A program made the position numbers and the translations under genes. Positions 57,691 to 64,000 of a stretch of DNA of 64,000 bases are shown here, piece after piece (positions within the stretch are counted from its first letter, which is position 1; each line of letters opens with the position of its first letter). The DNA is from Gammaproteobacteria bacterium (GTDB lineage Bacteria > Pseudomonadota > Gammaproteobacteria > Pseudomonadales > UBA5518). Below the pieces are notes generated by a model that had not been told where the DNA came from, did no database searches, and saw only the letters and a list, made by a program, of their open reading frames with translations. The stretch is from assembly GCA_016705365.1 (NCBI GenBank), contig JADIYI010000008.1, positions 559,787-623,786 on the forward strand, read 5' to 3'.

Positions 57691-58890
57691 ATGACGGCAC
57701 TCGACGATTTCAGGCGCGACACGCGCGCGTGGCTCGAACAGAATTGTCCGCAATCGCTGCGCAAGACCGGCGTTGGCGACATGCTGTCGGATGCCGACAG
57801 TTGCTGGGGTGGACGCAAATGGAAATTCACCAGCGAAGACCAGCGACTGTGGCTGCAGCGCATGGGCGAGCGCGGCTGGACTGCACCGGAATGGCCACGC
57901 GAATACGCCGGCGGTGGTCTCGGTCGGGCCGAGGCCAGGGTCCTGCGCGAAGAGATGGCGCGCATCCAGGCCTGGTCGCCACTCGAGAGCTTTGGCATCT
58001 CGATGCTCGGGCCTGCGCTGATGAAATACGGCACCGAGGAGCAGAAAAGGCGGTTTTTGCCACCGATCGTGCGCGGCGAGATCCGCTGGTGTCAGGGATA
58101 CAGCGAGCCCAATGCCGGTTCCGACCTGGCCGGGTTGCAGACGCGCGCCGAAGACAAGGGAGACCATTACCTGGTCAACGGGCAGAAGGTGTGGACTTCC
58201 TATGCCGACAAGGCCGATTGGATATTCTGCCTGGTGCGCACCGACACCCAGGCCGCAAAGCCACAGCAGGGCATCAGCTTCCTGCTGTTTGACATGGGGT
58301 CCCCGGGCGTAAGCACGCGGCCCATTTTGCTGATCAGCGGCGCCTCGCCTTTCTGCGAGACCTTTTTTGACAATGTCCGGGTACCCAAGGAGCAGCTCGT
58401 CGGTGAGCTGAACAAGGGTTGGGACATTGCCAAGTACCTGCTCACCCACGAACGGGAAATGATCAGTGGCGCATTTGGCGTGGCCGGTGCCGGACAGGAG
58501 ACCGTGCCGGAGATTGCAACGCGCCTCCAGGGCTTGCGCGAGGGAAGGCTCGCCGACGCGGGCTTGCGTCGGGACATCGCGCGGCTCGAGCTCGACGCCG
58601 AGGCCTTTGCCCTGACGCTAGAGCGCCTGCGCGATGAAGCAAAGGCCGGTGTCGGCACCGGTGCGGCCTCGTCGATGCTCAAGTATTACGGCACGGAACT
58701 GAACAAGCAGCGCCAGGAAGTGCTGATGGCGATTCATGGCGGCGACGCACTCGACTGGGAAAGCGAGCATGCCGGGAATGGCTTCGTTGCACGAACCTGG
58801 CTGCGCAGCAAGGGCAACTCCATCGAGGGCGGCACCTCGGAGGTGCAGCTCAATATCATCGCCAAGCGCATCCTCGGTTTGCCGGGATAA
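57691..58890 (+). CDS. Acyl-CoA dehydrogenase (catalytic-Glu-bearing, putative alpha subunit)
   Basis: AAGAGGA RBS, ATG 57691 (the track start at 57544 is rejected). WCQGYSEPNAGSDLA, VNGQKVWTS. C-terminal IEGGTSEVQ retains the catalytic Glu position. Confidence 0.85.
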   Translation: MTALDDFRRDTRAWLEQNCPQSLRKTGVGDMLSDADSCWGGRKWKFTSEDQRLWLQRMGERGWTAPEWPREYAGGGLGRAEARVLREEMARIQAWSPLESFGISMLGPALMKYGTEEQKRRFLPPIVRGEIRWCQGYSEPNAGSDLAGLQTRAEDKGDHYLVNGQKVWTSYADKADWIFCLVRTDTQAAKPQQGISFLLFDMGSPGVSTRPILLISGASPFCETFFDNVRVPKEQLVGELNKGWDIAKYLLTHEREMISGAFGVAGAGQETVPEIATRLQGLREGRLADAGLRRDIARLELDAEAFALTLERLRDEAKAGVGTGAASSMLKYYGTELNKQRQEVLMAIHGGDALDWESEHAGNGFVARTWLRSKGNSIEGGTSEVQLNIIAKRILGLPG

Positions 58891-58899
58891 GGAGCACGC

Positions 58900-60030
58900 A
58901 TGTCGCTGGTATACAACGAAGACGAAAGGATGCTGCAGGATGCGGCGCGAAGTTTCCTTGGCGAGCGGGCGCCGGTAGCGGCGCTGCGCAAGCTGCGCGA
59001 TACGCGTGATCCCGACGGCTTCTCGCGTGAACTGTGGGCCAGCATGGTCGAGATGGGCTGGGCCGGGATCCTGGTTCCCGAAGAGTATGGCGGCCTGGGC
59101 TTCGCACATGCCGGCGCCGGCATACTCTGCGAGCAGGCAGGCCGCACGCTGACCAACTCACCGCTGTTCTCCACCGCGATACTCGGTGCCACGTTGCTGC
59201 GCCTGGCGGGATCGGACGCGCAGAAAAAACGGCTGCTGCCACAAATTGCCGCCGGGAAGGTACTGCTCGCGCTGGCGCTCGATGAGTCGGCCCGCCACGA
59301 TCCCGCGGCAATCGATCTCGTGGCGGAACCGCAGGGCGACGGGTTTGTGCTGAACGGCGCCAAGCGCCTGGTGCTGGACGGTCATGTTGCGGACACGCTG
59401 GTGGTCGCGGCGCGTGGTGCCGGCGCCGGTGACGGCGTTTCGCTGCTGCTGGTCGATGCGCATGCTGTCGGGGTGCAAATCGAGCGCACCATCATGGTCG
59501 ATACGCGCAATGCGGCCCGCATCGAATTCAGCGCCGTGAAGGTGCCGCGCGAGGCCCTGCTCGGTGAATGGCGCGGTGGCGCGACGGCGCTCGCCCAGGC
59601 GCTCGATGTCGGGCATATTTGCCTGGCGGCGGAACTGCTGGGTATTGCCGAGGAGGCATTTGCCCGAACCCTCGACTACCTCAGGCAGCGCAGACAGTTC
59701 GGCAAGCTGATCGGCGAATTCCAGGCGCTGCAGCACCGCGCCGCGATACTGTTCTGCGAGATCGAGTTGTGCCGTTCGGCGGTGATGCGCGCGTTGCGGG
59801 CGATAGACGAACAGCATCCGCGGCTCGCGGCGTTTGCAAGCCTCGCCAAGGCGAGGGCCTGTGAAACCGCCACGCTGGCCGTCAACGAGGCGGTGCAGAT
59901 GCATGGCGGCATCGGCATGACCGACGAGTTCGACATCGGGCTGTTCATGAAGCGCGCGGCCAGCGCGCGGCAGATTTTCGGTGATGCGCATTTCCACACC
60001 GATCGTTACGCCACACTGGCCGGTTACTGA
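58900..60030 (+). CDS. Acyl-CoA dehydrogenase-fold protein lacking the canonical catalytic Glu (putative beta subunit)
   Basis: Starts 9 nt after the previous stop. ACAD fold (LVPEEYGGLGF..., QFGKLIGEFQALQH). The position equivalent to YEGT reads IFGDAHFH. Confidence 0.8.
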   Translation: MSLVYNEDERMLQDAARSFLGERAPVAALRKLRDTRDPDGFSRELWASMVEMGWAGILVPEEYGGLGFAHAGAGILCEQAGRTLTNSPLFSTAILGATLLRLAGSDAQKKRLLPQIAAGKVLLALALDESARHDPAAIDLVAEPQGDGFVLNGAKRLVLDGHVADTLVVAARGAGAGDGVSLLLVDAHAVGVQIERTIMVDTRNAARIEFSAVKVPREALLGEWRGGATALAQALDVGHICLAAELLGIAEEAFARTLDYLRQRRQFGKLIGEFQALQHRAAILFCEIELCRSAVMRALRAIDEQHPRLAAFASLAKARACETATLAVNEAVQMHGGIGMTDEFDIGLFMKRAASARQIFGDAHFHTDRYATLAGY

Positions 60031-60083
60031 GATCCGGTGCGCGATACGCACCGGCAGATTCAATTGCAAAAGGAGAATCAAGC

Positions 60084-61298
60084 ATGGACCTGGGAATCAG
60101 CGCCCGGCTGCGGCCGATACTCGATGAGGTAAAGCGCTTCATCGACAACGAGATCCTGCCGCTCGAGCACGAGTTTCTTGCCGAGGTGGACAAGGGCGAC
60201 CGCTGGTCGTTCACGCCGCGGCAGACCGAAATCCTCGAGACCCTCAAGAGCAAGGCGCGCGAGCGCGGTTTGTGGAACTTCTTTCTCACCGGTCACGAGG
60301 ATGGTCACGGCCTGAATACGGTCGAATATGCCTATATCGCCGAGGAAACCGGCAAGTCCCATCTGGCGCCGGAGGTGTTCAACTGCAGCGCGCCCGATAC
60401 CGGGAACATGGAAGTGCTGGCGCGCTACGGCACGCCGGAGCAGAAGCAGCGCTGGCTGGTGCCGCTGCTGGCCGGCGAGATCCGTTCTGCCTACGTGATG
60501 ACGGAGCCCGACAGCGCGTCCTCGGATGCCACCAATATCAGCGCCAGCGCGGTGCTGGAAGGCGATGAGTGGGTGATCAATGGTGACAAGATCTGGATTT
60601 CCGGTGCCGGCGATCCGCGCTGCAAGATCCAGATCGTGATGGTCAAGAGCAACCCGCAGGCTGCGCGGCACGCGCAGCATTCGCAGATCCTGGTGCCGAT
60701 GGACACTCCCGGCGTCGAAGTGCTGCGCCCGATGATGGTGTTCGCCACCGACGACGCGCCGCACGGACATATGCATATGCGCTTCAACAATGTGCGGGTG
60801 CCGCGCGCGAACATCATCGCCGGCGAAGGCCGTGGTTTCGAGGTCGCGCAGGGCCGCCTCGGGCCGGGACGCATTCACCATTGCATGCGCGCGATCGGTC
60901 AGGCCGAACGGGCGCTCGAACTGATGTGCCGGCGCGGCCTGTCGCGCACGGCCTTTGGCAAGCCGCTGGTCAAGCTCGGCGCCAATTACGACATCATCGC
61001 CAAGGCGCGCATGGATATCGAAATGGCGCGATTGCTGTGCCTGAAGACTGCCTACCTGATGGATACCCAGGGTATTCAGGAATCCCAGCACTGGATCTCG
61101 ATGATCAAGACCGTGGCGCCCACGGTCGCGCTCAACGTGATCGACGAGGCGATACAGATGCACGGTGGCCTGGGAATTTCCCAGGATACACCGCTTGCGG
61201 GAATGTACATGGCAGCGCGCACCCTGCGCTTTGCCGACGGACCCGATGCCGTGCATCGCATGGTGGTGGCGCGCCGGGAACTGCGCGCCTACCGCTGA
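60084..61298 (+). CDS. Acyl-CoA dehydrogenase (FadE / ACAD10-11-like subgroup)
   Basis: AAGGAGA RBS. YVMTEPDSASSDATN, INGDKIWISG. C-terminal RFADGPDAVH is typical of this subgroup. Confidence 0.85.
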   Translation: MDLGISARLRPILDEVKRFIDNEILPLEHEFLAEVDKGDRWSFTPRQTEILETLKSKARERGLWNFFLTGHEDGHGLNTVEYAYIAEETGKSHLAPEVFNCSAPDTGNMEVLARYGTPEQKQRWLVPLLAGEIRSAYVMTEPDSASSDATNISASAVLEGDEWVINGDKIWISGAGDPRCKIQIVMVKSNPQAARHAQHSQILVPMDTPGVEVLRPMMVFATDDAPHGHMHMRFNNVRVPRANIIAGEGRGFEVAQGRLGPGRIHHCMRAIGQAERALELMCRRGLSRTAFGKPLVKLGANYDIIAKARMDIEMARLLCLKTAYLMDTQGIQESQHWISMIKTVAPTVALNVIDEAIQMHGGLGISQDTPLAGMYMAARTLRFADGPDAVHRMVVARRELRAYR

Positions 61299-61327
61299 AC
61301 TATCCGCGACCAGACAAGGAGCAATAC

Positions 61328-61795
61328 ATGACTGCAGCGCTGACCAGGGACAATGCGCACGGCCTGATCGGCAGCGAACTCGGAGTCTCCGAGTGGTTCA
61401 CGATCGACCAGGCGCGGATCAACGCATTTGCCGATACCACGGTGGACCACCAGTTCATCCATGTCGATCCCGAGCGCGCGGCACAGTCGCCGTTCGGGAC
61501 CACGATCGCGCACGGCTTTCTGACCCTGTCGCTGCTGCCGCATTTCATGAGCAGCGTTGCGGTCGGGATGGAAGGCGCGGTGATGGGGCTGAACTACGGC
61601 TTCGACAGGATTCGCTTTCTCGCTCCGGTCAAGGTCGACAGCCGGGTACGCGCACGGGTGAAACTTGCCGATTTCCAGGAGAAGGCACCCGGTCAGTACC
61701 TGATAAAACAGGAGATCACCGTGGAGATCGAGAACGAGCCGAAACCCGCACTGGTTGCCGAATGGCTTACGATGGTCATGACCGGCCCCCGCTAA
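61328..61795 (+). CDS. MaoC-like (R)-specific enoyl-CoA hydratase
   Basis: AAGGAG RBS, ATG 61328. Hydratase-2 motif FIHVDPERAAQSPFGTTIAHGF. Confidence 0.8.
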   Translation: MTAALTRDNAHGLIGSELGVSEWFTIDQARINAFADTTVDHQFIHVDPERAAQSPFGTTIAHGFLTLSLLPHFMSSVAVGMEGAVMGLNYGFDRIRFLAPVKVDSRVRARVKLADFQEKAPGQYLIKQEITVEIENEPKPALVAEWLTMVMTGPR

Positions 61796-61822
61796 GCGTA
61801 ACTTGAAGGAGATTTTGACGGC

Positions 61823-62740
61823 ATGAGCATTCGATTCGACGCAAAGGTGGCGATCGTGACCGGCGCCGGTACCGGTCTGGGGCGCTCGCACGCACTCGCG
61901 CTTGCGGCGCGTGGTGCGAAAGTCGTGGTGAACGATCTCGGCGGTGCCCGCGATGGCACCGGTGGCTCGGTCACGGCGGCACAGGCGGTGGTGGAGGAGA
62001 TTCGCGCGGCGGGCGGCGAAGCCATGGCCAATGGCGCCAATGTCGCGGTATATGCGCAGGTGCAGGAAATGGTCGATGAGGCCATGAAGGCATGGGGGCG
62101 GGTCGATATCCTGGTCAACAACGCCGGCATCCTGCGCGACAAATCGTTCAGCAAGATGGCGATCGATGATTTCCGCGCGGTGATGGACGTGCATCTGTTC
62201 GGCTCCGTGCACTGCACCAAGGCGGTGTGGGAGATCATGCGCGCGCAGCAGTACGGCCGTATCGTGATGACGACGTCGTCGAGCGGCCTGTATGGAAACT
62301 TCGGGCAGAGCAATTACGGCGCGGCAAAGATGGCCGTGGTCGGCTTCATGAATACGCTGGTGCTCGAGGGCGAGAAATACGGTATCCGCGTCAACGCGCT
62401 GGCGCCGGCGGCCGGCACGCGCATGACCGAGGGATTGTTCGACCAGAAGGTCTTCGACCTGCTGACCCCCGAAGCCGTGACGGCCGGTTTGCTGGTGCTG
62501 TGCGCGGAACAAGCGCCGAACCGGCTGATTCTCGCGGCCGGAGCGGGTGGATATGCCAGTGCTCATATCTACGAGACACAGGGTGTGCATCTGATGGCGG
62601 CGGACCAGACGCCCGAGAACGTGCTCGCATCGCTCGAGCAGATCAACCAGCGCGCGGGCCAGGAGGAATACACCGGCGGATTCCAGCAGAGCTTCAAGTT
62701 TGTTGGCAGGGCGGCCAAGGCCTTGGGCATCGAGCTCTGA
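61823..62740 (+). CDS. SDR-family 3-hydroxyacyl-CoA dehydrogenase (MFE-2 N-terminal-domain type)
   Basis: TGAGTGLGRSHA cofactor motif, NNAGI, catalytic S...YGAAK. Confidence 0.85.
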   Translation: MSIRFDAKVAIVTGAGTGLGRSHALALAARGAKVVVNDLGGARDGTGGSVTAAQAVVEEIRAAGGEAMANGANVAVYAQVQEMVDEAMKAWGRVDILVNNAGILRDKSFSKMAIDDFRAVMDVHLFGSVHCTKAVWEIMRAQQYGRIVMTTSSSGLYGNFGQSNYGAAKMAVVGFMNTLVLEGEKYGIRVNALAPAAGTRMTEGLFDQKVFDLLTPEAVTAGLLVLCAEQAPNRLILAAGAGGYASAHIYETQGVHLMAADQTPENVLASLEQINQRAGQEEYTGGFQQSFKFVGRAAKALGIEL

Positions 62741-62802
62741 CCGGACAGGCACCAGCTCGCGGGTTTGGTGAAAATTCTATTTTTTGACGGAGAACCAGGC
62801 AA

Positions 62803-63984
62803 ATGACAGACGCAGTAATCGTATCCGCGGCGCGCACCCCGATCGGCAAGGCCTATCGTGGTTTGTTCAACAACACCGAGGCCCCGACCATGGGCGGCCA
62901 CGCGATCCGCGCGGCGGTCGAGCGCGCCGGCGTCGATCCTGCCGAGATCGATGACGTGATCATGGGGTGTGCGATGCCCCAGGGAACCACCAGCCTGAAT
63001 ATCGGGCGGATGGCGGCGCTGGCGGGTGGACTGCCGGTCAGCGTCAGCGGCATGACGATGGATCGTCAATGCTCCTCGGGCTTGATGGCGATTGCGACGG
63101 CAGCCAAGCAGATTATGCATGACGGCATGCGGGTCACGGTGGGTGCGGGCCTGGAGCAGATCAGCCTGGTGCAGAACGAACACCAGAATACGTTCCGGCG
63201 GGTCGATCCGCGGCTCAAGGAGATGCACGCCAACGTGTATATGCCGATGCTGCAGACGGCGGAAGTGGTTGCCAAACGCTACGGTATCTCGCGCGAGCGC
63301 CAGGACGAGTACTCCCTGCAAAGCCAGCAGCGCACCGCCGCGGCGCAGCAGGCCGGGAAATTCGCCGAGGAGATCATTGCGGTCACCGCGAGCGTCGCGG
63401 TCAAGGACAAGCAGAGCGGCGAAGTGAGCTACAAGGACGTGACGCTGGCGCTCGACGAGGGCAATCGCGCGGACACCAACGCCGCGGGTCTCGCCAGCCT
63501 CAAGCCGATCATCGAGAGTGGTTTCATTACAGCTGGCAATGCCAGTCAGCTGTCCGACGGTGCCGCCGCCTGCGTGCTGATGGACGGCAAACTGGCTGCG
63601 CAGCGCGGCCTGGCACCGATGGGCATCTACCGCGGTATTGCGGTGGCGGGTTGCGAACCTGACGAAATGGGTATCGGTCCGGTGTTCGCGGTACCGAAAT
63701 TGCTCAGGCAGCACGGGCTGAAGATCGACGATATCGGGCTGTGGGAGCTCAACGAGGCGTTCGCGGTGCAGGTGATCTATTGCCGTGACCGGCTCGGTAT
63801 CCCGGACGAAAAGCTCAACGTGAACGGCGGTGCGATATCGATCGGTCACCCCTACGGCATGAGCGGCGCGCGCATGGTCGGGCATGCCCTGCGCGAGGGC
63901 AAGCGGCGTGGCGTCAAATACGTCGTGGTCACCATGTGCGTCGGCGGCGGCATGGGCGCCGCGGGACTGTTCGAGGTCTGCTGA
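62803..63984 (+). CDS. Acetyl-CoA C-acyltransferase (3-ketoacyl-CoA thiolase)
   Basis: Active-site [43 protein letters not shown]. Confidence 0.95.
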   Translation: MTDAVIVSAARTPIGKAYRGLFNNTEAPTMGGHAIRAAVERAGVDPAEIDDVIMGCAMPQGTTSLNIGRMAALAGGLPVSVSGMTMDRQCSSGLMAIATAAKQIMHDGMRVTVGAGLEQISLVQNEHQNTFRRVDPRLKEMHANVYMPMLQTAEVVAKRYGISRERQDEYSLQSQQRTAAAQQAGKFAEEIIAVTASVAVKDKQSGEVSYKDVTLALDEGNRADTNAAGLASLKPIIESGFITAGNASQLSDGAAACVLMDGKLAAQRGLAPMGIYRGIAVAGCEPDEMGIGPVFAVPKLLRQHGLKIDDIGLWELNEAFAVQVIYCRDRLGIPDEKLNVNGGAISIGHPYGMSGARMVGHALREGKRRGVKYVVVTMCVGGGMGAAGLFEVC

Positions 63985-64000
63985 GCAGGCACGGCGTGCC

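Overview
High-GC (judged by eye, not computed) gammaproteobacterial chromosomal window. It is densely coding, with about 60 CDS. I found no rRNA, tRNA, CRISPR array, transposase or integrase. Many long ORFs in the six-frame track are antisense or alternate-frame shadows typical of GC-rich DNA and were not called.

Core region, about 20.3-52.5 kb. This is housekeeping DNA. As far as I recall, its gene order matches the blocks that flank the Pseudomonas replication origin:
- plsC, a gmhB remnant, glyS, glyQ
- trkH, trkA, rsmB, fmt, def
- LysM/TsaP-like protein, dprA, purE, tsaC, hemF, aroE::GNAT, yheV-like
- a complete aa3 cytochrome c oxidase with its biogenesis cluster (coxB, coxA, cox11, coxC, DUF2909, SURF1, hypothetical, ctaB, SCO), but without a heme A synthase gene
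- znuB, znuC, zur divergent from znuA, with a perfect palindromic Zur-box-like site between them
- polA, engB, cytochrome c5, cytochrome c4, dsbA

Right end, 52.5-64 kb. It holds a TauE-family exporter, a GlcD-like FAD oxidase, an acetolactate-synthase-like ThDP enzyme, tesB, and a beta-oxidation-type cluster. That cluster has three acyl-CoA dehydrogenases (two look like an alpha/beta heteromer), a MaoC hydratase, an MFE-2-type SDR and a thiolase.

Left end, about 0-20 kb. This is the least conventional part:
- An Orn/Lys/Arg-type decarboxylase is followed by two AspT/YidE-family exchangers and a DcaP-type porin.
- A C39-like cysteine peptidase fusion lies divergent from a polytopic membrane protein.
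- A same-strand run carries ppk2, a glycine-zipper protein, SulP, DUF2092, and an RGG/Q/D-rich repeat protein.
- A fused double-DUF1538 membrane protein is translationally coupled to two PII-like proteins.

Best candidates for an undescribed system: first the DUF1538 plus two PII-like proteins module, then the decarboxylase/AAEx/porin module. Both are function-by-analogy hypotheses only.

All family assignments rest on motif recognition by eye and on remembered family knowledge. No database search was possible.
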